DNA of 36,585 bases from Candidatus Peribacterales bacterium. Lineage in GTDB: Bacteria; Patescibacteriota; Gracilibacteria; Peribacterales; Peribacteraceae. Positions 6,699 to 14,065 of this stretch are shown here, one piece after another. A model generated the notes under the pieces. It made no database searches and was not told the DNA's origin. It saw nothing but the letters and a program-made list of their open reading frames with translations. How positions within the stretch are numbered: position 1 is the stretch's first letter; each line of letters opens with the position of its first letter. The stretch covers positions 1-36,585 of the forward strand of contig DATDWC010000016.1 in assembly GCA_035289805.1 (NCBI GenBank). The letters are read 5' to 3'. The translations under genes were made by a program, and so were the position numbers.

Positions 6699-8984
6699 TT
6701 ATCTCCTTGGTCCACGATTGAATCCGCCGCTGCGGGGAGACCCACCGCTGCGTCCGCCTCCGCGCGGACCGCTACCGAAGGAAGATGGGGGTGGCATTCC
6801 CTCAGGCCGCGGAGTCATCTGCTTTAACGACATGCGCGTCTTCCCTTCGATTGCATCGTACTCCACGCAGAGTGCATCTACTTCGTCGCCGACATTCAGC
6901 ACATCTTCCACGTTTTCCGACCGCTGCCACTGGAGCTCCGAAATGTGGATCATGGCATCTTTGCCACGGAGGAATTCGACGATCGCGCCAACTCCTGCAA
7001 TCACGCGGACGACTTTGCACTTGTAGACTTTCCCCACTTCGGGCTTTGCCACAATGCCCTCGATCCATTCCTTCGCTTTCTGCATTGCCTCACCATTCAG
7101 CGCAGTGACAAAGATGAGACCGCTGTCTTCGATATCGATTTCGACCCCAAGCTCTCCTGTGATCTTTTGGATTGTTTCGCCACCCTTGCCGATCACCAGA
7201 CGAATATCTTCCGGATCAATCACGATAGTTTCGATGCGCGGTGCCCTGGGACTCAATTCTTTGCGAGGCTCAGGAATCGCGGCAAGCATGAATTTGAGAA
7301 TAGAGAGGCGGCCCGTGCGTGCGCGTTCTAACGCTTCCGCAAATACATGATCGGGGAGACCCTTGATCTTGATATCCATTTGGATTGCGGTCACTCCCTT
7401 CTCCGTCCCTGTCGCTTTAAAATCCATATCCCCCCCGAAATCTTCCTCATCCTGAAGATCGGAGAGAATGACGTACTTGCTCTGTGGTGAGCCTGTCGAA
7501 CCATCCTTTGCCTCATCAGAGATAAGACCAAGTGCAATGCCGGAAACGGGAGCCGAAATCGGCACACCTGCGGCCATCAAAGCGAGAGTAGAGCCGCACG
7601 TTGCCGCCATCGAGGAGCTCCCGTTACTTTCCAGAATTTCGGTAACTGTCCTGATCGTATAAGGAAAATCCTCTTCTTTTGGCAACACCGGTTCAATCCC
7701 TCGCTGCGCCAAATTGCCATGACCTACTTCGCGATTGCCGACGAAGAGCCGATTGCTGGTCTCCCCGACCGAAAACGGCGGGAAGTTGTAGTGGTGCATG
7801 TAGCGCTGCTTCACCTCCCCTTCCATTCCCTCCACAAGCTGCTTGTCGCCAGGTGAGCCGAGAGTACACGTGGTGAGCCCCTGTGTTTCTCCGCGCTGGA
7901 AGAGTGCAGAGCCGTGCACAAAGTTTGGCAGCGGATCCACCATCACGCCAATCGGACGGATCTCGTCCACTTTTCTGCTGCTCATACGGATCCCCTCCTC
8001 AAGAATCAAACGGCGCACTTCGCCTTTGATGACCTTATCCATGATTTCCGAAGCATGAGCAAAGAGAAGAGCAAGCTCCTCCTTGCCCTCTGGTTTTCCA
8101 TATTTCTCTTCGAGTTTAGCCGCAGCGCCATCAAGGAATTTGTTAAAAAGCGCACGTCGTTCGAGTTTCGGGAGCGGATCTTTAATGGCTTTCGTAACGA
8201 CAGGGAGTGCCCATGCCTTCAGATATGCATACGCCTCATCGTGAACGAATGGAGCTTCGACCTCAAACTTCGGTTTTCCAATTTCCTTTTGAATATCTGC
8301 AAAAAACTTCGCAATCTTCTGCGCCCACTTCTTCCCAAATTCAATTGCACGGAGGATATCAGCCTCTGGCACCTGATTTGCTCCAGCTTCAATCATCACG
8401 ATACGTTCGAGCGAAGCAGTGAGGAAGAGATCAAGATCGGATTTTGCCCGAGCCTCTCGCGTGGGATTCAATACGAGTTCACCGCCAATGAGCCCTACTC
8501 GAACGGAGCCAAGCGGCCCATCGCATGGGCAATCACTAATCGCAACAGCAAGATTTGCGGCATTCGCAGAGGCAACATCATGTTCGTTTTCAAAATCGTA
8601 CGAGAGCACAGTGCAGAAAACCTGAATATCGCGTCGGAAGTGCTTTGGAAACATCGGCCGTAAACCGCGATCAATAACCCGTCCAAGGAGCACATACTGA
8701 TCTCCGGGGCGTCCTTCGCGCTTCCTAAACCTCGATCCCGCGATCTTTCCTCCCGCGTAGTACTTCTCCTGATACACGAGCTGGAGTGGTAGAAAATCAA
8801 CACCATCGCGTGCTTTGGCAGAGATGGTGCAGTTACTCATACAGACGGTCTCGCCCATTTGGCAGAGCACCGTGGCATTGGCCTGGTTTCCGAGCATTCC
8901 GGAACGGATGATGAGCTTCTTATCGCCTAACTCAAGCGTATAGGTAGAATCCGCAGCAATTGCTGCAGCCTGCGATGGGGACAT
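6699..8984 (-). CDS. pnp: Polyribonucleotide nucleotidyltransferase (PNPase) with an Arg/Gly-rich C-terminal tail
   Basis: 761 aa with two RNase PH domains, a KH domain (IGKGGETIQKITGELGVEIDIED) and an S1 domain (VGKVYKCKVVRVIAGVGAIVEF). The tail is FGSGPRGGGRSGGSPRSGGFNRGPRR. Confidence 0.95.
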   Translation of the reverse strand: MSPSQAAAIAADSTYTLELGDKKLIIRSGMLGNQANATVLCQMGETVCMSNCTISAKARDGVDFLPLQLVYQEKYYAGGKIAGSRFRKREGRPGDQYVLLGRVIDRGLRPMFPKHFRRDIQVFCTVLSYDFENEHDVASANAANLAVAISDCPCDGPLGSVRVGLIGGELVLNPTREARAKSDLDLFLTASLERIVMIEAGANQVPEADILRAIEFGKKWAQKIAKFFADIQKEIGKPKFEVEAPFVHDEAYAYLKAWALPVVTKAIKDPLPKLERRALFNKFLDGAAAKLEEKYGKPEGKEELALLFAHASEIMDKVIKGEVRRLILEEGIRMSSRKVDEIRPIGVMVDPLPNFVHGSALFQRGETQGLTTCTLGSPGDKQLVEGMEGEVKQRYMHHYNFPPFSVGETSNRLFVGNREVGHGNLAQRGIEPVLPKEEDFPYTIRTVTEILESNGSSSMAATCGSTLALMAAGVPISAPVSGIALGLISDEAKDGSTGSPQSKYVILSDLQDEEDFGGDMDFKATGTEKGVTAIQMDIKIKGLPDHVFAEALERARTGRLSILKFMLAAIPEPRKELSPRAPRIETIVIDPEDIRLVIGKGGETIQKITGELGVEIDIEDSGLIFVTALNGEAMQKAKEWIEGIVAKPEVGKVYKCKVVRVIAGVGAIVEFLRGKDAMIHISELQWQRSENVEDVLNVGDEVDALCVEYDAIEGKTRMSLKQMTPRPEGMPPPSSFGSGPRGGGRSGGSPRSGGFNRGPRR

Positions 8985-9199
8985 AAAAGGAATGGGGAAG
9001 GATACGAATATCCCTCCTTCGCTCCTATGGGAGCTACGGAGGGCAGACCCTTCCTCTCACACATCTTTTCCTTACTGGAGTGGATTCACACTCGAACCAC
9101 GTTTTCTTCGAGCGAGCCCTGAAGGGGCGAGTCGAGAAGCGAGACTCAAACGTAAACCCAGGAGTAAGAAGAGAGGCGGTGGAGGGAAGGAGCCATGCG

Positions 9200-9207
9200 A
9201 TTGTACA
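9200..9207 (-). promoter_or_regulatory. Candidate extended -10 (TGTACAAT) for pnp, implying a 5' UTR of about 200 nt
   Basis: The minus strand reads CTTTCCTGTACAATCGC. The downstream leader holds several hairpins, including CCCTCC-GTA-GCTCC/GGAGC-GAA-GGAGGG at 9012-9043. Confidence 0.3.
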
Positions 9208-9252
9208 GGAAAGTTGGCGGAAGGGAAGCAAAAACAACATACAACATACATT

Positions 9253-9289
9253 CCCTTCTCCCTGTGGGAGAAGGGTTAGGGATGAGGGG
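9253..9289 (-). repeat. REP-like palindromic element, copy B
   Basis: The minus strand reads CCCCTCATCCC-TAA-CCCTTCTCCC-ACA-GGGAGAAGGG. This is a perfect 10-bp stem and shares two blocks with the element downstream of rpsO. Confidence 0.55.
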
Positions 9290-9334
9290 TAACACATACA
9301 ATACACAAACATAAATTTTTTGATGTTTCTGTTT

Positions 9335-9372
9335 CCCCTCACCCCTGTCCCCTCTCCCCCGGGGAGAGGGGG
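9335..9372 (+). repeat. REP-like palindromic element, copy D, in inverted orientation relative to copy B
   Basis: The plus strand reads CCCCTCACCCC-TGT-CCCCTCTCCCC-C-GGGGAGAGGGG. The block order is the same as in copies A and B. Confidence 0.55.
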
Positions 9373-9395
9373 AGTGTTTTGTTTTGTTTGTTTTT

Positions 9396-9430
9396 AAAAA
9401 CCCCTCCAACACCGTTCGGCGCTGGAGGGG
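9396..9430 (-). terminator. Rho-independent terminator of the orphan three-gene cassette
   Basis: The minus strand reads CCCCTCCA-(14 nt)-TGGAGGGG followed directly by TTTTT. It lies 26 nt after the stop of the 186-aa ORF. Confidence 0.6.
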
Positions 9431-9456
9431 TAGAGAGCTACGGTCGAAATTCAAAA

Positions 9457-10017
9457 TCACACATCCGATAGAGCATGCAGACAACGATGCTTGAACTTCA
9501 TCAATTGTTGAGGCTCTGCAGGAAAACGAATGGAGGTGATGCTATCACGAACTCCATCAAACAAACGTATGGTTCCGGTATCTCCGTCGAAATACCATTT
9601 GTCAGATTTGGTGATGGAAGGTTCTACAAAAGGATTAAATAACCAGTGCGAAGGTATTCTTTCTCCAATTTTGTAGGCCCTCTCACCAATCAACGGTAAG
9701 GCAAATCGATCCCTACGCCATCCCCATCCTGGAGCAGCACGATAGAGGTAGCTTCCGGTTTTCACATCAAAAACCAATTCTGCTACATCTCCAGCACCAT
9801 TCGTGCGAAGCGCTTCACTAAACGAAACACCTGCAACAGGATGCATGAACATGCCATCGCCCCTTTGCAGTTCCTCAAGAGTGTAATCGCGAGGAAACGA
9901 CACGTGGGAGCTGAAATCACTTGGTATTTCAGAAAGTATCAGTCTGAGTTCCTCTAATTGAGTCTCATTCAGCATACATCGCCGTTGAGCCTCATTAAGA
10001 ATCCTTTCGGTGTTCAT
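9457..10017 (-). CDS. Hypothetical protein (186 aa), distant paralog of the 195-aa upstream protein
   Basis: Long ORF with no recognisable family. It shares MxxHPV(A/T)G ... LPLIG landmarks at similar spacing with ORF 10118..10705. Confidence 0.6.
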   Translation of the reverse strand: MNTERILNEAQRRCMLNETQLEELRLILSEIPSDFSSHVSFPRDYTLEELQRGDGMFMHPVAGVSFSEALRTNGAGDVAELVFDVKTGSYLYRAAPGWGWRRDRFALPLIGERAYKIGERIPSHWLFNPFVEPSITKSDKWYFDGDTGTIRLFDGVRDSITSIRFPAEPQQLMKFKHRCLHALSDV

Positions 10018-10029
10018 ATGCGCTGCCTT

Positions 10030-10137
10030 TCATTTAGTAAATAAGTTACATACCAACACAATCTGCAAAGCGCTAAACGCTGCGCCGAGCAGAACGAACA
10101 GAATCACGAGCCAGTCATCACTGAACTGGGTTTTCAT
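10030..10137 (-). CDS. Small single-pass membrane peptide (35 aa), absent from the ORF track
   Basis: ATG at 10137. Translation is MKTQFSDDWLVILFVLLGAAFSALQIVLVCNLFTK, with stop TGA at 10030-10032. It overlaps the last 20 nt of the upstream gene and ends 12 nt before the ATG of the downstream gene. Confidence 0.4.
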   Translation of the reverse strand: MKTQFSDDWLVILFVLLGAAFSALQIVLVCNLFTK

Positions 10138-10705
10138 TTACCTCATCCCCCTTCTTCAATTCCTCACCAGTCCACGGGCAATACTTCCAGTGAGGCAAAT
10201 AGGGACTTCCTGCGTAATAGGGACATCCGCAAAGATAGGGGAAATTGAGCTCATAAGGCGTTGATGGACGAGTTCCTATGAGCGGCAAACGTACTTCTCC
10301 TCGCAAGAAAATTTCCCCAGATACATTTTCCATTGCGGAATAGGCCTTCCTCCCGCTGCCCCATTCGCCGCCCGTGGTATCCGCAGCATAATGAACAAGT
10401 TTTCTCTCAGTCATCAATTTGAGAGTGATTATTGAATCACCCGTCACAGGATGAAAAGTCATCTCCTTGCCCTGATTCATTCTTAGAACACCAAAACTCC
10501 AGGGGAGTTTCCGATCAAGAATCCATAGCAATGACTGCAAATTCCTGAAGAAGTTCTCTCTTTCGCTCTGCTTCTGGGAAACAAGAATTTCCAGCAACTG
10601 GACATAGGAGTGCGATGCCGAAGAACGCATCCTTTTCGCCTCCGCTATCCGCGCAGTCCATGCCTCGCAAAGAACGCCATCGACAAATCTTTTTGAATTG
10701 AACAT
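10118..10705 (-). CDS. Hypothetical protein (195 aa) with a Cys/Pro/Tyr-rich C-terminus
   Basis: I chose the start at ATG 10705 (MFNSKRF), which is preceded by GGAGAATAGTT. The ORF opens at 10759. The C-terminus is FPYLCGCPYYAGSPYLPHWKYCPWTGEEL. HPVTG and LPLIG motifs are shared with ORF 9457..10017. Confidence 0.6.
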   Translation of the reverse strand: MFNSKRFVDGVLCEAWTARIAEAKRMRSSASHSYVQLLEILVSQKQSERENFFRNLQSLLWILDRKLPWSFGVLRMNQGKEMTFHPVTGDSIITLKLMTERKLVHYAADTTGGEWGSGRKAYSAMENVSGEIFLRGEVRLPLIGTRPSTPYELNFPYLCGCPYYAGSPYLPHWKYCPWTGEELKKGDEVNENPVQ

Positions 10706-10910
10706 AACTATTCTCCAATCGATGATGTGAAAGACCGTAGCTCTTGAAGAATGAATCACAAGGACTCATCCACTCCGCTACAAGCGGAGCGCGCTACGGA
10801 TTGAGAAAGATACGGCTAATCCACAGATCGCTCCGCTCGTGTATGCGCGGAGCTCCACCATCTTCTTTGAGAATTGAATGGATTCGACAAGAGAGGAAAA
10901 TTAGAAATGT

Positions 10911-13073
10911 TCATTTTGCTGTTTGTAAAAATGGCGCGGTAACTTCGGATGCAACACGCATCTTCTTCACAGTTTCCAGATATTCCTCCGTGGGATTCGA
11001 GTCGAGCACAATGCCAGCTCCCGCCTGAATGAAACCCTGTTTACCCTGCCTCTGAATGGCGCGAAGTCCAACGACTGCGCCCAAGTTCCCCCGTATATCC
11101 ACAAATCCGATGGATCCCGCATAGAGGCCACGCGCCTGCTTCTCCAATGCATACGCAATTTCCACCGAACGCACTTTTGGCGCGCCGGAAACAGTTCCCA
11201 TGGGAGCCACGCACTCCAGAGCCCGGAGCGGAGAAAGCCCGTTCGTTTTACTTTGAACCTCCGATGCAAGATGCATCACGCGTCCCGCATCCAATCGGTG
11301 CATGATTCTGTCTTTCGGCAAAACAACCGATCCCGGAACCGAACTCCTTGCAAGATCGTTCCTTTCAAGATCGATGAGCATGCTGTGTTCCGCGCGCTCC
11401 TTTGGATCTTCAATCAGCCCCTGGAATGTTGCCGCGTCGGTCGTTTCATCTCCCGTGCGACTCCGTGTGCCAGCTACCGGATAAGTGGTGGCTTCGCCTT
11501 CTACGATCCTCAAAATCAATTCGGGGAAAGAACCTATGCTTTCCGCATCCCCCATTTTGATTGCATGCATATTGCCGGAGGGGCATATCCGACGGAGATT
11601 TTCGTAGAGAGGCATCATGGAGCCATTGATGTCGAATATTTTTCTTCGGGAGATCACCGTCTGGAACGTCTCGCCTGTCCGAATTTTCTCTTCACGGAGA
11701 AAACTGACTCTCCGCTCGAATTCTTCTTGCGATACTTCATCCACTTCGTTCGAAATCATTGGAGGAGTTTTATCGATCGACCGGCTCATGATCTCCTGAA
11801 ACATGTCGCTTCGATTCTGTCCGCGCGTGTAGTAGTAATATTTGTGTGTTTCATTGTCGTAGACCAGTCCGTCCTCGAAATATCCGTATGCAAAGGTCTT
11901 CTGTCCTTTTGGCGTTCGCCCCTCAGGTGGTAATGCCTTTGGCTCCTGGTACTGAATTGCTTCATATGCCATGTAGCCGACGAATCCTCCACTCAGGTGC
12001 TGTCCTTTCGGGAGGAGGCTGCTTCCCTTTTCTCCTTTTCTCATACGTTCCACCATGACGTTCAATACATCGAATGCATTGCCGCACGTTTCCAAAATAT
12101 CGATCTCCTGATCATCCAGGTAGAATGTATCGTTACAGGAGCTCAGGACAAATTTTGGATTCAAACCCATGTAGGAAAAATGATGCGATCCTTCTCCTCC
12201 GCCCGTATCAAGCGACTCAAATAAATAACAATGATCCGAGGAGGCATGGAGCCGCGCATATGCCTGTTCCGGTGACAACTCGCAGTGAAATTCTGTGAAT
12301 TCACACGCATGTTGATCAGTATCATCGATACGGTTGCGGAGAATATCAGGAAGAAGGAATTCATCGGCACGTTCTTCGTGCTTCGCAATCCCCTTTGTGA
12401 TGAGAGACTCAAAAGCTGCAGGATCCACGCGCAGGAAGTTTTCGAGAATGCGTCTTCCTTCCGGCGTTCCAAAGGATTCTGGATGGAATTGAACTCCATA
12501 GATCAATTTTTCCTTATGCTGAAGCGCCATAATCACCCCTGCGCGCGTCTGTGCGGTAATGGAGAGAGCTTCGGGAAATGACTCTGTTTCTGCTATCAGA
12601 GAGTGATATCGCATTGCTTCGAATTCTTCAGGAACGCCATCGAGAATATCGGCATGAGGTAATTTTCCTGAATGAAGGCGTGAAAGCGTGCTTGTCTTCC
12701 CATGCATGATTTCTTCCGCCTGAACGACGTTACCACCAAAGTATTTGGCAAGAGCCTGATGTCCAAGACACACGCCAAGGAGCGCTCTCCCGTTTTCAAT
12801 CGCATACTTGATCGCTGCATTCGTCACGCCGATATCTTCCGGATTATTCGGCGTTCCGGGACCAGGACTAATGATGATATGACTTGGATTCAATGCAATG
12901 ATTTCCTCCTCTGTCATTTCATCATTCCGGACAACGACAGAATCAACGCCTATTTCTGCAAGTACTTCGCGGATATTGAACGTGAACGAATCGTAATTAT
13001 CGATAATGAGTACCCGCCCGGCAGAAACGTCGGAGAGGAGAGAGGGCACCGTGGAGGAAGGTGTAGAAATCAC
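10911..13073 (-). CDS. Fused glutamine amidotransferase and chorismate-binding enzyme (PabA-PabB aminodeoxychorismate synthase or TrpG-TrpE type)
   Basis: The N-terminus is a class-I GATase (VLIIDNYDSFTFNI...LGVCLGHQAL...VQFHPES). The C-terminus is a chorismate-binding domain (YPVAGTRSRTGD...LIDLERNDLAR...GTVSGAPKVRS...RGLYAGSIGF). The start codon is GTG. Confidence 0.85.
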   Translation of the reverse strand: MISTPSSTVPSLLSDVSAGRVLIIDNYDSFTFNIREVLAEIGVDSVVVRNDEMTEEEIIALNPSHIIISPGPGTPNNPEDIGVTNAAIKYAIENGRALLGVCLGHQALAKYFGGNVVQAEEIMHGKTSTLSRLHSGKLPHADILDGVPEEFEAMRYHSLIAETESFPEALSITAQTRAGVIMALQHKEKLIYGVQFHPESFGTPEGRRILENFLRVDPAAFESLITKGIAKHEERADEFLLPDILRNRIDDTDQHACEFTEFHCELSPEQAYARLHASSDHCYLFESLDTGGGEGSHHFSYMGLNPKFVLSSCNDTFYLDDQEIDILETCGNAFDVLNVMVERMRKGEKGSSLLPKGQHLSGGFVGYMAYEAIQYQEPKALPPEGRTPKGQKTFAYGYFEDGLVYDNETHKYYYYTRGQNRSDMFQEIMSRSIDKTPPMISNEVDEVSQEEFERRVSFLREEKIRTGETFQTVISRRKIFDINGSMMPLYENLRRICPSGNMHAIKMGDAESIGSFPELILRIVEGEATTYPVAGTRSRTGDETTDAATFQGLIEDPKERAEHSMLIDLERNDLARSSVPGSVVLPKDRIMHRLDAGRVMHLASEVQSKTNGLSPLRALECVAPMGTVSGAPKVRSVEIAYALEKQARGLYAGSIGFVDIRGNLGAVVGLRAIQRQGKQGFIQAGAGIVLDSNPTEEYLETVKKMRVASEVTAPFLQTAK

Positions 13074-13118
13074 GGGATGAAGGGAGAAGGGCTAGAATAA
13101 CATATCAAAGAAAGAGGA

Positions 13119-13153
13119 GACGGATTCGCCGCAAGGATATGCGGATATCCGTC
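13119..13153 (-). promoter_or_regulatory. Compound hairpin plus pyrimidine tract between the TrpR-like gene and the chorismate aminase gene (terminator or attenuator candidate)
   Basis: The minus strand reads GACGGAT-AT-CCGCA-TATCCT-TGCGG-CGA-ATCCGTC followed by TCCTCTTTCTTTG. Confidence 0.35.
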
Positions 13154-13268
13154 GTCTTTACCTTAGGACAACCATGCATGTCGCCGACTCTGAGAGATGT
13201 ACATCTGCACCGCTACAACAGTACATCTCCCTCAGGAGGAAATCAATCCCATTTCTCCGGAAAATTTC

Positions 13269-13556
13269 CTATTCAATCGTCTTTCCCATCTTTTCGAGGA
13301 AATACTCAAACCCCCCACTCCCGTACTGGAGCATCCTGGATCCACGGGTAATTTTACTGATCGAAATACCGAGCCCCTCCGCTACTTCTCTCTGCGGCCT
13401 CCCTTTTGCAAGTTCCTGAATCAGCTGCCAGCGCTCGGCGATGGAATCGAGTTCCTGGGGCGTCAGAATGTCCTTGAGAAGCATCTCTGCTTCCTTCGGG
13501 CTCCTCACTGATGCGAAGAGCTCGTACAGCTCCTGGAAACGGTACTGAGGACTCAT
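13269..13556 (-). CDS. TrpR-like protein, YerC/YecD family
   Basis: FQELYELFASVRSPKEAEMLLKDILTPQELDSIAERWQLIQEL...GISISKITRGSRMLQYGSGGFEYFL matches the YerC/YecD pattern. I placed the start at ATG 13556 (MSPQY). The ORF opens at 13628. Confidence 0.75.
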   Translation of the reverse strand: MSPQYRFQELYELFASVRSPKEAEMLLKDILTPQELDSIAERWQLIQELAKGRPQREVAEGLGISISKITRGSRMLQYGSGGFEYFLEKMGKTIE

Positions 13557-13565
13557 AGAACATAT

Positions 13566-13595
13566 ATTGTACCGGTACAGGTGGGCACCGTTCAA
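13566..13595 (-). promoter_or_regulatory. Candidate promoter TTGAAC-N18-TACAAT for the TrpR-like gene
   Basis: The -10 ends 9 nt before the ATG at 13556, which implies a near-leaderless transcript. Confidence 0.35.
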
Positions 13596-13613
13596 GATCA
13601 TTATTGCTGTGAT

Positions 13614-13710
13614 TCCCCCTTCTCCCAATCTATAAAAAAGAAGAAAGATTTTCCCACACTCAACCGTATCTTCGGATAGCGTGGGAGAAGGGGGCCAGGG
13701 GGATGAGGGA
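13614..13710 (-). repeat. REP-like element, copy A (13-nt perfect inverted repeat with a 53-nt spacer), overlapping the rpsO terminator
   Basis: The minus strand reads TCCCTCATCCCC-CTGG-CCCCCTTCTCCCAC ... TGGGAGAAGGGGGA. The CCCTCATCCC and CCCTTCTCCCAC blocks are shared with copy B. Confidence 0.5.
13635..13689 (-). terminator. Candidate rpsO terminator
   Basis: On the minus strand, TTCTCCCAC pairs with GTGGGAAAA (6 bp, one mismatch, then 2 bp) around a 23-nt loop that contains a UUCG-type mini-hairpin. TCTTTCTTCTTTTTT follows. Confidence 0.45.
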
Positions 13711-13711
13711 T

Positions 13712-14014
13712 TTATTTTTTTAACTTATTTGCCTCCACAATTTTCTGGTATCCCGCTGCATCATTCATGCGGAGGTAGTTTAAAATTTTGCGGCGCTGTG
13801 CCACTTTGCCAAGGAGACCCCGGCGAGCGGACTCATCTTTTGGGTGCTCTTGGAGATGTTTCACCAGGAGATTGATCTCTTCTGTTAAAAGAGCCACCTG
13901 AACGGAAGGAGATCCTGTATCCTTCTTATGAGTCTGATGCCTGCCTATGAGTTTCTTCTTAATGGTGCGTGTGAGCACGATTCGAAAGGGAACAAAAATG
14001 TACCGGCACGTCAT
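13712..14014 (-). CDS. rpsO: 30S ribosomal protein S15
   Basis: DTGSPSVQVALLTEEINLLVKHLQEHPKDESARRGLLGKVAQRRKILNYL is the S15 signature. The N-terminus is about 11 aa longer than in E. coli S15, so an internal GTG start is possible. Confidence 0.85.
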   Translation of the reverse strand: MTCRYIFVPFRIVLTRTIKKKLIGRHQTHKKDTGSPSVQVALLTEEINLLVKHLQEHPKDESARRGLLGKVAQRRKILNYLRMNDAAGYQKIVEANKLKK

Positions 14015-14065
14015 CCTAGCAGGAACTATTTTTCAGGGCAAGAAAAACCAGAAGAAAGCGCTTTC

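Noticed and set aside
7914-8663. A 249-aa ORF on the plus strand inside pnp, plus several other 60-130-aa ORFs on both strands across 6718-8806.
   Set aside because: They lie antisense or out of frame within a clearly conserved PNPase coding sequence and have low-complexity, Arg/Ser/Pro-biased translations. They are shadow ORFs.
8992-9342. ORFs 8992..9279 (+) and 9034..9342 (-) in the pnp upstream region.
   Set aside because: The region is full of palindromic repeats and is more plausibly the pnp promoter and 5' UTR plus REP-like elements. The translations look non-protein-like and overlap each other.
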